Assembly: GCA_049512055.1 (NCBI GenBank)
Contig: JBEKXK010000004.1
Span: forward strand, 5,065 to 69,064
Reading direction: 5' to 3'
Source of the DNA: Syntrophales bacterium
Lineage (GTDB): Bacteria > Desulfobacterota > Syntrophia > Syntrophales > UBA2185
Length of the DNA stretch: 64,000 nucleotides
Numbering within the stretch: position 1 is the first letter of the stretch; every line of letters starts with the position of its first letter. The notes beneath the pieces are model-generated. The model made no database searches. It was given only the letters and a program-made list of their open reading frames with translations, and was not told where the DNA came from. Of the stretch, positions 40,036-48,785 are shown piece by piece. The translations under genes and the position numbers were made by a program.

Positions 40036-40327
40036 TTTTCTCCCCCTCGTTCACCATGGTTATCGCTTTTCCGGGACACTCCTCAGCACAGATGCCGCAA
40101 CCCTTGCAATATTCCAGGTCGATTTCCAGGGGGATCGTTGCTTTGATTACTCCTTCCGGACAATAGAGCCAGCAGAGAAAACAGGCAGCCTTTTTCTTGA
40201 CGGAGGGGATGCACTTCGAATGATCACAAACTGGCCTCATGTCCCGCCAGTCCCCCGTTTTCCCCGCTTCTCCGACTGCCGGTGTGGCCATGGCGGAAAT
40301 ATTCGTGTCTTTTTTCTTCACAATCAT
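40028..40327 (-). CDS. 2-oxoacid:ferredoxin oxidoreductase, delta subunit (2x[4Fe-4S] ferredoxin)
   Basis: 99 aa with CxxCxxCxxxCP-type clusters (CFLCWLYCPEG; CKGCGICAEECP). Confidence 0.88.
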   Translation of the reverse strand: MIVKKKDTNISAMATPAVGEAGKTGDWRDMRPVCDHSKCIPSVKKKAACFLCWLYCPEGVIKATIPLEIDLEYCKGCGICAEECPGKAITMVNEGEKNG

Positions 40328-40899
40328 TGTCCTCTATTGGCGGCTTTTATTAAAGTCTGTGCAAATGCGTCCCGCAAGGCGACGATATTGGCAGCAGAAA
40401 CGGCGCCTGATAATTTACCCTTCAGTCCTTTTTCCATCGCATCAAGAGACACAAGGTTTGATGCCCTGGCAAATGCCCCCAGCATCGTGGTGTTGACAAT
40501 CGGTTTCCCTTCCCTGATGAGATGGTGTTTGAGGGCAATATCTCCGGCATCAACCGTGGCTATGCTGATCTTCACATCAAAGTTCAGCTCCTCGGGTTTC
40601 AAGGGGGTGTTGACGATGATAAGCCCCCCTTCTTTGAGCGTTGCCAGAATATTTACGGCAGAAAGGAGAGATGAATCCAGAACAACAGATATATCTGCAT
40701 GCTCAATCTGCGAGACCATCCGGACGGGCTCTGACGAAATCCTCGTTGAAGCTGTTAACGGGGCGCCTCTTCTTTCAGGACCGAAGGTCGGTGCGGAGGT
40801 GACCCCTTTGAATCCTTGAATATAAGCTGCTTCTGCCAGAATCTGTGCAGCTATCACAACACCCTGACCGCCCCTTCCGTGCCATATTACTTCATGCAT
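40324..40899 (-). CDS. 2-oxoacid:ferredoxin oxidoreductase, gamma subunit
   Basis: IWHGRGGQGVVIAAQILAEAA and ERRGAP. ATGA-type overlap with the delta gene. Confidence 0.88.
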   Translation of the reverse strand: MHEVIWHGRGGQGVVIAAQILAEAAYIQGFKGVTSAPTFGPERRGAPLTASTRISSEPVRMVSQIEHADISVVLDSSLLSAVNILATLKEGGLIIVNTPLKPEELNFDVKISIATVDAGDIALKHHLIREGKPIVNTTMLGAFARASNLVSLDAMEKGLKGKLSGAVSAANIVALRDAFAQTLIKAANRGQ

Positions 40900-40935
40900 A
40901 CTGCCGACCTTTGTGAACTTAAGCTAAGTTTCATC

Positions 40936-40973
40936 AAAATAAAAAGGCCATGGATTTTTTGCCCATGGCCTTT
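40936..40973 (-). terminator. intrinsic terminator after the TMTC-like gene array
   Basis: 11-bp stem AAAGGCCATGG (40943-40953) / CCATGGCCTTT (40963-40973). On the minus strand it is followed by TTTTTATTTT. Confidence 0.7.
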
Positions 40974-41192
40974 AGGATGATATAAACGTACTCTTATCCT
41001 TTCCTAAAAACGACGGGCGACGCGGGGAGCCGCGTCAACAGAAGAGCGAGGAGAAGCAAGCGACGAGCACACAAATCAAAAATCTCTCTTCTTATTGATA
41101 CAAATGTCATTGTCAGGAAATCCCGTCTAAGGTCTGGAGATAATATAGAATAAATGACAGCCGGTGTCAATAGGCAAATCATACCCCAATAC

Positions 41193-42920
41193 TCACCTGA
41201 ATCTCTTCTGCGCAGCCAGAGCGTTCTTAAGGTTTTCCTGCGCCAGTGCGTAACCTGGGTTGAGACGCAATGCCTCCCGATAACTGGCGATTGCCTCGTC
41301 AAGCCTTCCTTGATAGAGTAAGACGTTGCCCAGATTGTTGTAAGCCTTTGCATACCCCGGACTGATACGGATGCTTTCGCGAAACTGATAAATGGCTTCA
41401 TCGAGGTTCCCTTGTGAGGCCAGTATTGTTCCCAAATTATAGTGTGCATCAGCCGGATTGTTGATGCTGATAGCCGTCTGAAAGTGGACAATAGCTTCCC
41501 TTGTTTTGCCCTGGAGAGATAGGGCATAACCCAGGTTATTTTGCGCCCAAGCATTTTCCGATGTAACCTTTATGGCATGCTCATAGAGGATGATGTTATT
41601 GCGCCAAAAACCAATCTGGACATACGTCATAATCATACAGGCGAGAAGAATCCCCACAGCGGCAGTAGCAATGGCAAACCTTCTATAACGCCAGCGATTG
41701 AGAACTTCCGGAACGCCCCAGGCAATCATGATGAAAACACCGATGAGGGACACGTAGGTATAGCGGTCGGCCATAGACTGCAATCCCACCTGCACCAATC
41801 CAATGACCGGTATAAGAGTTCCCGAATACCAGAGCCAGCCGACTATAAGATAGGGAAAACGCCTGGCTCCTCGAATAGTAAGGTAGGTTGTAACCAATAG
41901 AACCAACATGGCCGATACTGCCTGCCATGAGAGGAGCGCAATACCTACATACGGATAAAAGATGGAGAGCTTTACAGGCCAGAGCATCTTTCCAATATAG
42001 CTGACATAAGAAATCAGTGCATTGGCAATGCGGCCGCTAAGGGGATACAGCTCCATGGGTTTCACTACCAACTGCTGGGCATAGAAGGTCACGAAGCAGA
42101 AGAGTATGGTGATAATAAAAAATGGTATCTTTTCTTTCAGCAACGGTCGTATCTCCGGCCACAGGGCACGGGATGACGTGGCACTCTTTGTCTTTACAGT
42201 CTCTTTTCCGGGTTCCTGCTGCGACTTCTGCTTTTTCTTCGCGCGGCTCGCCGGTTGGGGCGTTGCAGCAGCGATGCGGGCGCCCGATTTTGCCAAGTTG
42301 AGCCGCTTGAGGGGCCAGTAATCCAGGAGCAGAAGGACAAAGGGCAAGGTGACCAGCATGGGCTTGGACATGAGACCCAATACGAAGAATACGAAGACCA
42401 AGAGATACCTCTTATATCCGGGACGCTCCACATAGTAGACATAAGCCCCCATGGTGAGCATCCAGAATAACGTGGAGAGGACATCCTTCCGTTCAGCCAC
42501 CCAGGCGACAGACTCCACATGGAGGGGATGCAACGCGAAAAGCCCTGCCACAAAGGCACTCTGCCAGAGATCCGTCGTCATGCGGCGTAGAATTAGGAAG
42601 AGCAGGAGGGTGTTGGCTACATGAAAGAAGAGGTTGACCAGATGATGCCGCCCCGGCTTCAGTCCGAACAGCTGACAGTCCAGCATGTGTGAAAGCCATG
42701 TCAGCGGGTGCCAATTATGGGCATGCGGCTCGGAAAATGCCCAGACTATGCCTTTTGAAGTAATCCCATCCTTTACATAATGGTTCTCTGTTACATAGTC
42801 GTTATCATCAAATGATATGAACTCGTGGTTGCCGACCTGCCAGAAGACCGCAATTGTTATTATCGCCAGTGCAGTACAAATTGCCAATACTGAATAGTTG
42901 CTATTTATCTTACTTATCAT
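41193..42920 (-). CDS. TMTC-like GT-C membrane glycosyltransferase with C-terminal TPR domain (paralogue 1)
   Basis: 575 aa with many hydrophobic segments. First-loop acidic motif FISFDDNDY, DUF1736-like HPLHVESVAWVAERKDVLS, and C-terminal TPRs (AHYNLGTILASQGNLDEAI...). Confidence 0.75.
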   Translation of the reverse strand: MISKINSNYSVLAICTALAIITIAVFWQVGNHEFISFDDNDYVTENHYVKDGITSKGIVWAFSEPHAHNWHPLTWLSHMLDCQLFGLKPGRHHLVNLFFHVANTLLLFLILRRMTTDLWQSAFVAGLFALHPLHVESVAWVAERKDVLSTLFWMLTMGAYVYYVERPGYKRYLLVFVFFVLGLMSKPMLVTLPFVLLLLDYWPLKRLNLAKSGARIAAATPQPASRAKKKQKSQQEPGKETVKTKSATSSRALWPEIRPLLKEKIPFFIITILFCFVTFYAQQLVVKPMELYPLSGRIANALISYVSYIGKMLWPVKLSIFYPYVGIALLSWQAVSAMLVLLVTTYLTIRGARRFPYLIVGWLWYSGTLIPVIGLVQVGLQSMADRYTYVSLIGVFIMIAWGVPEVLNRWRYRRFAIATAAVGILLACMIMTYVQIGFWRNNIILYEHAIKVTSENAWAQNNLGYALSLQGKTREAIVHFQTAISINNPADAHYNLGTILASQGNLDEAIYQFRESIRISPGYAKAYNNLGNVLLYQGRLDEAIASYREALRLNPGYALAQENLKNALAAQKRFR

Positions 42921-42942
42921 CCGTCAGCCGTAATGAGATTAA

Positions 42943-44865
42943 TTATTTCTTATTATGCATTGCAAGGGCATTTTTCAGGTTGTCGCTGGCCTGCTTGAAG
43001 TCAGGGTTAATTCGCAGGGCTGCACGGTAACTGTTGATGGCTCCGTCAATCTCGCCCCGCGAAAGCAAGGCGCTTCCCAGATTGTTATGGGCATCTGCCA
43101 AATCAGGCTTGAGTCTGATGGCCTCCCGAAAGTGGGTGATAGCTTCGTCTTCTTTACCGAGGAGGGCCAAGACATAACCGAGGTTATTCTGATATTCTGC
43201 AACGCGAGGTCTGATTCTTACAGCCTCCTTGAGGTGGGTCACAGCTTCCACCATTTTCCCCTGGTGCGCCAAAGCATTACCCAGGTTATAATGTCCATCG
43301 GCGTGGTATGGATTGATCCTCAAGGTTTCCTCATAGTCGGCGATAGCCCCCCCGTAATCACCGAGCTTGGCCTTTGCGTTTCCACGATTTTCGTAAGCTA
43401 TAAAAAAGCGAGGGTTGATCTCAATTGCTCTATTGTAATACCTTAAAGCCTCAGATGCATTCCCTGCATCGGCGATTGCCTTCCCGTAAGCATTCAACGG
43501 TCTCGGTTTATTAGGAGATTTCCTCAGACAGTCGGCCCACAGGGTATATTCACTCTTCCAGACCCTATTGCGCTCATAGGTCAATACTGCGTTTGTCAAG
43601 ATAAGTAAAACCAGCGCTCCTACCGATACCTGCCTGTATCGATCCCATATAAAATAAAAGACCACGCCTGTCAGTACAAGAAAGAAACCAATACTTGGCA
43701 GGTACGTCCGATGTTCAAATATAACATTCTGGGAAATCGGGATGATACTTGATTCTACGGAGAGTGTTAAGAAAAACCAGAATATACCAAAGGAAATCAG
43801 CCGATACCTGCGGAAAAGGAATATTGCCGCGACAAATATTCCGACCAGGGATAACAGGCCAAAAAGCGTATGCCCTTCAAAAAGGCTGTGGGAGATCGGA
43901 CAGTCATAATCCAGATTCTGATTTACAGGCAGAATGAATAGCCTGATATATGTTAGTATGACGCTGAACTGCGTGAGGAGATATTCCCGTGCCGTTATGA
44001 GAGAATCATAACCCTGGTTGAGAAGGGGGGGCACGGGAGTAAATATCCCGAAAGAGAAATTAAGGAAAAAAAGGGCAACGAAAATCACGAGGATAATGAC
44101 AGGAATCTGGATGCCCCTGTCTCTTAAATCGATCTTCCACGTATCGGTTTTTATAAAACTGAACTCGTACAAAACAAGGGCAAAGGGTAACGTAAAGACG
44201 ATCTCCTTGGTCAGCATCCCCAATATAGCGCACAGTACAGAGCCTGCGTAATAAAAGTAAACCCGTGTATCTTTATTACCTTCCCGAACTCTGCCCTTGA
44301 CAAACAGCGCTAATGATAACAGATAAAACAGCGTGGCCAATGAAGCCAGCCGTTGCACTATATACGTTACCGACTGCGTAGCCAGCGGATGCGATACGAA
44401 GAGCAGTGCGGTAAACAAAGCCATTGCTCCTTTATGCCTGCTTATCGGCTGAGCCTTCATTACAGGCGTCGCCATTGTCAGGATCACCAGCCACCATACC
44501 AATATGGCATTGACAACGTGTATCCCCAAATTAACGAGGTGGTATCCCCAGACATCGAGTTTGTGAAAATGATAATCCAGGGCAAATGATAGATTCCCTA
44601 TGGGACGGCTGGGGATAAAACCCCACCAGGCTTTCACATTGGAAAGATTCCGTATGGTGATATTTTCCTCAATGTTCGGTGTATCGTCAAAATGAAAAGA
44701 GCAATCAAACGAATTGGAATAAGCTATTACACCCACAAGGCATATAAGTATTATAGATATTAGGCTCCATGGGAACTTTCTATTTTTCCCCTGTTCTTTT
44801 TTGCCATCAGGGATTGGTTTTTGTTTTTTTTTCTTAGGGGTATTCAATTTCTGGATGCGTGCCAC
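42943..44865 (-). CDS. TMTC-like GT-C membrane glycosyltransferase with C-terminal TPR domain (paralogue 2, divergent)
   Basis: 640 aa with a GTG start after GGGAGATAAGG. Contains FHFDDTPNI and HPLATQSVTYIVQRLASLA, with six or more C-terminal TPRs. Confidence 0.72.
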   Translation of the reverse strand: MARIQKLNTPKKKKQKPIPDGKKEQGKNRKFPWSLISIILICLVGVIAYSNSFDCSFHFDDTPNIEENITIRNLSNVKAWWGFIPSRPIGNLSFALDYHFHKLDVWGYHLVNLGIHVVNAILVWWLVILTMATPVMKAQPISRHKGAMALFTALLFVSHPLATQSVTYIVQRLASLATLFYLLSLALFVKGRVREGNKDTRVYFYYAGSVLCAILGMLTKEIVFTLPFALVLYEFSFIKTDTWKIDLRDRGIQIPVIILVIFVALFFLNFSFGIFTPVPPLLNQGYDSLITAREYLLTQFSVILTYIRLFILPVNQNLDYDCPISHSLFEGHTLFGLLSLVGIFVAAIFLFRRYRLISFGIFWFFLTLSVESSIIPISQNVIFEHRTYLPSIGFFLVLTGVVFYFIWDRYRQVSVGALVLLILTNAVLTYERNRVWKSEYTLWADCLRKSPNKPRPLNAYGKAIADAGNASEALRYYNRAIEINPRFFIAYENRGNAKAKLGDYGGAIADYEETLRINPYHADGHYNLGNALAHQGKMVEAVTHLKEAVRIRPRVAEYQNNLGYVLALLGKEDEAITHFREAIRLKPDLADAHNNLGSALLSRGEIDGAINSYRAALRINPDFKQASDNLKNALAMHNKK

Positions 44866-44938
44866 ACCTTATCTCCCATGTTCTTCTTTCACAGTAGAGA
44901 GAGCATAAATAAATAAGATATGATTGAACGCGCAAAGC

Positions 44939-46768
44939 CTATCGGTTTCTTTTCTGTTGAGCAAGGGCATTCTTCAGATTCTCCCGCGCCATAGTATAAT
45001 CCGTCTTGAGACGCAGGGCCTGTCGATAACTGTCAATGGCTTCATCAATCTTTCCCCGAAAAAGCAAGGCGTTTCCCAGATTGTTATATGCCTTGGCATA
45101 GTCCGGTTTGATGCGAACGCATTCCCGAAATTGATAGATAGCTTCATCGAGCTTCCGCTGTGATGCCAGAAGAGTACCGAGGTTGTAGTGTGCTGCTGCA
45201 TGGCTGGGATTGATTCCAATGGCCTTGAAGAAATTGGGTATGGCTTCATCTGGCCTTCCCAGCTTGGTCAAGGCAAGACCTATATTATTATATGCATCTG
45301 CCAGACCCGGGTCAATCCGCAATGCTTCGGCATAGTGAGCGATGGCTTCATCAAGCCTGCCCTGATCCTCCAGGGCGTTGCCGAGGTTATTTTGCATTAT
45401 GGGATTATTAGTTGTCACTTCCACTGCATGCGTAAAGAGAACAACGCTGTCCTTCCAGTATTTCACCTGCTTCCAGGTAACGAACGAAAAAGTGGTTAGT
45501 GTGATGACAGCTACCGTTGCAAGTGCAGCATTCCGATGTCGCCACTTTTTTGAAAGCTCAGGTACACCCCAGGCAACCATAATCGAAACGCCTACAAGGG
45601 GCACATAGGTATAGCGGTCCGCCATGGCCTGGACACCCACCTGGACGAGGCCGATCACCGGAACCATTGTCCCCAAGTACCACAGCCATCCTGTCGCAAG
45701 ATAGGGGTAGCGCTTCACGTTCCGGATAATCAAAAAGGTTGTAATGCCAAGAAAGAAGACCGCAGCAACAACCTCCCAGGTTGGCAACATGCCGTGGTAC
45801 GGATAAAGAACCGCAAGATCAGCGGGCCAGATCATCTTCCCAATGTAACGGCAGTAAGAGACAAGGGCATTGGCAATGCGTGTTGACAGGGGAAAGCTTT
45901 GCAGAGAACGCATGGCCCCGCCTTCCTGCTGGGCCATGTATGTAACTATACTCGATGCCAGAGAAAGAACAAAAAATGGAACCTTTTCCAGGATAATGTG
46001 ACCGATAGCAGGCTGTTGCCGGTTCTGCTTCTCAGGCTTATTTACATACTCTGCTTTTATTGCACTCTTCCGGCGTTCCTTTTTTTTGCTGTTCCTTTTC
46101 AGGGGTCTTTCAGATCGCGTGTTCTCATTTACTAACGATTTCCCTATCGTCAACCGGCGGAGGGGCCAGTAATCAAGAAGGAGCAGGACAAAGGGAAGCG
46201 TAACCAGCATGGGTTTGGCCATGAGGCCCAGGGCAAAAAAGAAAAGAGCAAGCAGATACCTCTTTAGCCCCCGCCTTTCAACATAGAAAACATAAGCCCC
46301 CATGGTGAGCATCCAGAAGAATGTAGAAAGGACGTCCTTGCGCTCGGTAACCCAGGCAACAGACTCCACATGAAGGGGGTGAATGGCGAAGACAGCCGCC
46401 ACAAAGGCACTTTGCCAGAGGCCCTTCGTCATGCGGTGAAGAATGAGAAAGAGCAAGAGTGTATTGGCGATGTGAAAGAAGAGATTGACTAAATGATGAA
46501 AACCCGGCCTCAATCCGAACAACTGACAGTCCAGCATGTGAGAAAGCCAGGTCAGGGGGTGCCAGTTACTCACATAGAAGGTTGTAAAAGCCCATGCAAC
46601 GTTCCCGGATGTCAGACCCGTCTGTACGTGATGATTTTCCGTTATGTATTCGTTGTCATCGAAACCAACGAAGTCGTAATCCTTCACCTGCAAGAAAACG
46701 GACAGCATAACAACCGTTAGAAAGAGGCATATGAGTAATGCCTGCCGTTTGTCATCTAGTTTATTCAT
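44939..46768 (-). CDS. TMTC-like GT-C membrane glycosyltransferase with C-terminal TPR domain (paralogue 3)
   Basis: The start is trimmed to the ATG at 46768, which overlaps the hflX stop by 1 nt (TGATG). Contains FVGFDDNEY and HPLHVESVAWVTERKDVLS. It shares long identical blocks with paralogue 1. Confidence 0.75.
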   Translation of the reverse strand: MNKLDDKRQALLICLFLTVVMLSVFLQVKDYDFVGFDDNEYITENHHVQTGLTSGNVAWAFTTFYVSNWHPLTWLSHMLDCQLFGLRPGFHHLVNLFFHIANTLLLFLILHRMTKGLWQSAFVAAVFAIHPLHVESVAWVTERKDVLSTFFWMLTMGAYVFYVERRGLKRYLLALFFFALGLMAKPMLVTLPFVLLLLDYWPLRRLTIGKSLVNENTRSERPLKRNSKKKERRKSAIKAEYVNKPEKQNRQQPAIGHIILEKVPFFVLSLASSIVTYMAQQEGGAMRSLQSFPLSTRIANALVSYCRYIGKMIWPADLAVLYPYHGMLPTWEVVAAVFFLGITTFLIIRNVKRYPYLATGWLWYLGTMVPVIGLVQVGVQAMADRYTYVPLVGVSIMVAWGVPELSKKWRHRNAALATVAVITLTTFSFVTWKQVKYWKDSVVLFTHAVEVTTNNPIMQNNLGNALEDQGRLDEAIAHYAEALRIDPGLADAYNNIGLALTKLGRPDEAIPNFFKAIGINPSHAAAHYNLGTLLASQRKLDEAIYQFRECVRIKPDYAKAYNNLGNALLFRGKIDEAIDSYRQALRLKTDYTMARENLKNALAQQKRNR

Positions 46769-48495
46769 CACGAGGGAAACGACCTTGATTCGATAGGATT
46801 CATTCTCGTCCGGGTCTGATTGATCATCGCTTCCATCCTTTCCGCAAGAGGAGGCAGGGTTTCGGGATTGAGGGCTGAGATGGCTGTGGCGCAAAACCTC
46901 TGACAGAGGTTTTGCAGGATCACTTTATCGGAGAAGCGATCTGCCTTATTGAAGACACGGAGAGTGGGCTTTCCGATTATTGCAAGCTCCTCCAGGATTT
47001 TCTCAACTGCCGCCATATGGCTTTCAAAATTCGGATTACTTATGTCAACTACATGGAGAAGGACATCGGCTTCGTGGAGTTCATCAAGGGTCGCCCGAAA
47101 GGCAGCAAAGAGATCCCGGGGAAGATCCCGGATAAATCCTACCGTATCGGTGATGATCGCTTCCGTATCCCGCGGAAAGCGGAGCCGCGAACTCTTGGGA
47201 TCAAGGGTCGCAAACAGGCGGTCCTCCGTAAAGACACTGCTTTTTGTGAGCGTATTCAGGAGGGTTGATTTTCCGGCATTCGTGTAGCCGACGATGGAGA
47301 TTATGGGAAGACCCATTTTCCCCCGTTTAACGCGGCGTTGTTGCCTTGCCCTTTCGATCTCGTGCAGTTCACGTTCGAGGCGGCGGATTCGATCCCTCAC
47401 ACGGCGGCGGTTTATCTCAAGCTTAGTCTCCCCCGGCCCCCTGCCTCCGATGCCTCCCGTGAGCCTCGACATGGCCGTATTTTTTGTCGCCAGCCTGGGG
47501 AGGAGATACTTTAACTGTGCCAGCTCCACCTGGAGCTTGCCCTCTCGGCTATGGGCGCGCCGGGCGAAGATATCAAGAATGATCTGGGTGCGGTCGACGA
47601 CCTTCATCTCCGTAAAATCCGTAATGGATCTCAGCTGTGCCGGTTGCAGTTCATGGTCGAAGATGAGGAGATTGGCTCCTATCTGCATGGCCCTGATGAC
47701 GAGCTCCGACATTCTCCCCCTGCCGAGGACAAATCGAGGGTCTATCTGATCCCGATACTGGATGATGCTGTCGAAAACCTCAACCCCGCAGGATCGGGCG
47801 AGCTCCTTCAGTTCATCTAAGGAGCTTCGGCTGTCGGCAAGGGGACGCGTTTCCACACGGATCAGTATGGCGCGGTCTGCAGAATCCACCTTGCGAGTTT
47901 TCTGTTTTTTTGTAAATTCGCTCTCCAGGGCCTGGATGAAGGCAAGAAAATTGAGGTGCATCTCCGACGGACGCACCTTCTCCATAATAAGCCAGAACCT
48001 GCCATCAGGGTTTTCCGGAATCAGGTGGGCAGTGTGGGCATAACCGGGAAGGCCATCCTCTCCCGTCTCAACGGCTGAGATGAGATCGAGGCGGAGAAGG
48101 GCCAGGTCGGTGAGGTCGTCAGTGGTGAGTCCTTCACCGTTTAAATGGGTGTGGATTAAGCGGAGGCCCTTGAAGCGTATGGAAGAAGAACGGAAGCCGT
48201 CAAGGCCGGGAATCATGATGTCCTTGGGCGAGCCGGCAATGACGTAGGCGATCTCGCCTCTGCGGCTGATCAAGATTCCTATCTGACGGTTGATTTCCCG
48301 TGAAATGGATGTGAGTTGTCTCGCCAGTTCGTGGGTAATGACGCGTTCCGGCGGTACCTTCCTCCGGTAGAGTTGACCGATCCTCCTTATCTGTTCTGCG
48401 CCCAGGCCGGTCAGGCTGCCATAGACTTTATTGATTTCCTGCCCCCTTGCTTTCGGCCTGACGCGAGGCCATCCTCCTCGCCAGACGTTCCTCAT
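46768..48495 (-). CDS. hflX: GTPase HflX (long form with N-terminal extension)
   Basis: HflX N-domain (LQVELAQLKYLLPRL) and G motifs GYTNAGKSTLLN, DTVGF and NKAD. About 190 extra N-terminal residues. The exact start is uncertain because it overlaps the zinc-ribbon gene by 68 nt. Confidence 0.88.
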   Translation of the reverse strand: MRNVWRGGWPRVRPKARGQEINKVYGSLTGLGAEQIRRIGQLYRRKVPPERVITHELARQLTSISREINRQIGILISRRGEIAYVIAGSPKDIMIPGLDGFRSSSIRFKGLRLIHTHLNGEGLTTDDLTDLALLRLDLISAVETGEDGLPGYAHTAHLIPENPDGRFWLIMEKVRPSEMHLNFLAFIQALESEFTKKQKTRKVDSADRAILIRVETRPLADSRSSLDELKELARSCGVEVFDSIIQYRDQIDPRFVLGRGRMSELVIRAMQIGANLLIFDHELQPAQLRSITDFTEMKVVDRTQIILDIFARRAHSREGKLQVELAQLKYLLPRLATKNTAMSRLTGGIGGRGPGETKLEINRRRVRDRIRRLERELHEIERARQQRRVKRGKMGLPIISIVGYTNAGKSTLLNTLTKSSVFTEDRLFATLDPKSSRLRFPRDTEAIITDTVGFIRDLPRDLFAAFRATLDELHEADVLLHVVDISNPNFESHMAAVEKILEELAIIGKPTLRVFNKADRFSDKVILQNLCQRFCATAISALNPETLPPLAERMEAMINQTRTRMNPIESRSFPS

Positions 48496-48649
48496 ATCTC
48501 TCCCGGCTGTGGAAGCTGGTGCGTCCTATCAATTTTTTGGGATTCATTGCCCCGCATTTGGGGCAGGTGACAACTTCCTGATCTTCACCGACCTTCATTA
48601 AGCATTCAAATGTATGCTTACATGAGCATTCAAATTCATAGATAGGCAT
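48428..48649 (-). CDS. FmdB-family zinc-ribbon protein
   Basis: MPIYEFECxC...CPKCG (CxxC_CxxC_SSSS-type), 73 aa. Confidence 0.7.
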   Translation of the reverse strand: MPIYEFECSCKHTFECLMKVGEDQEVVTCPKCGAMNPKKLIGRTSFHSRERYEERLARRMASRQAESKGAGNQ

Positions 48650-48683
48650 TGAGAATTCCTACTTACGCGCTTTGGCAGAAAAT

Positions 48684-48711
48684 TAACATACTCACAGGCG
48701 ACGGGTCAAGG
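48684..48711 (-). promoter_or_regulatory. candidate sigma70 promoter of the zinc-ribbon/hflX/TMTC operon
   Basis: On the minus strand: TTGACC (48711-48706), a 16-nt spacer and TTAATT (48689-48684), about 35 nt upstream of the zinc-ribbon ATG. Confidence 0.3.
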
Positions 48712-48726
48712 GGGATTTTCGCAATG

Positions 48727-48760
48727 AAAAAACCCCGGAGGGACATCCCCCCGGGGTTTT
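48727..48760 (-). terminator. intrinsic terminator after the porin gene
   Basis: GC-rich hairpin CCCCGGAGGG-ACAT-CCCCCCGGGG (48733-48756), flanked by an A6 run on the plus strand and therefore a T6 run on the minus strand. Confidence 0.75.
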
Positions 48761-48785
48761 GAGATGCAAGTAATAACGACCGGAT

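Noticed and set aside
40007-40819. 270-aa plus-strand ORF opposite the oxidoreductase gamma and delta genes
   Set aside because: It is antisense to two genes with clear ferredoxin and gamma-subunit motifs.
40994-41554. 186-aa minus-strand ORF overlapping the 3' end of TMTC paralogue 1
   Set aside because: It is an alternate frame over the TPR-coding region and extends through the terminator hairpin. The TPR frame is clearly the real one.
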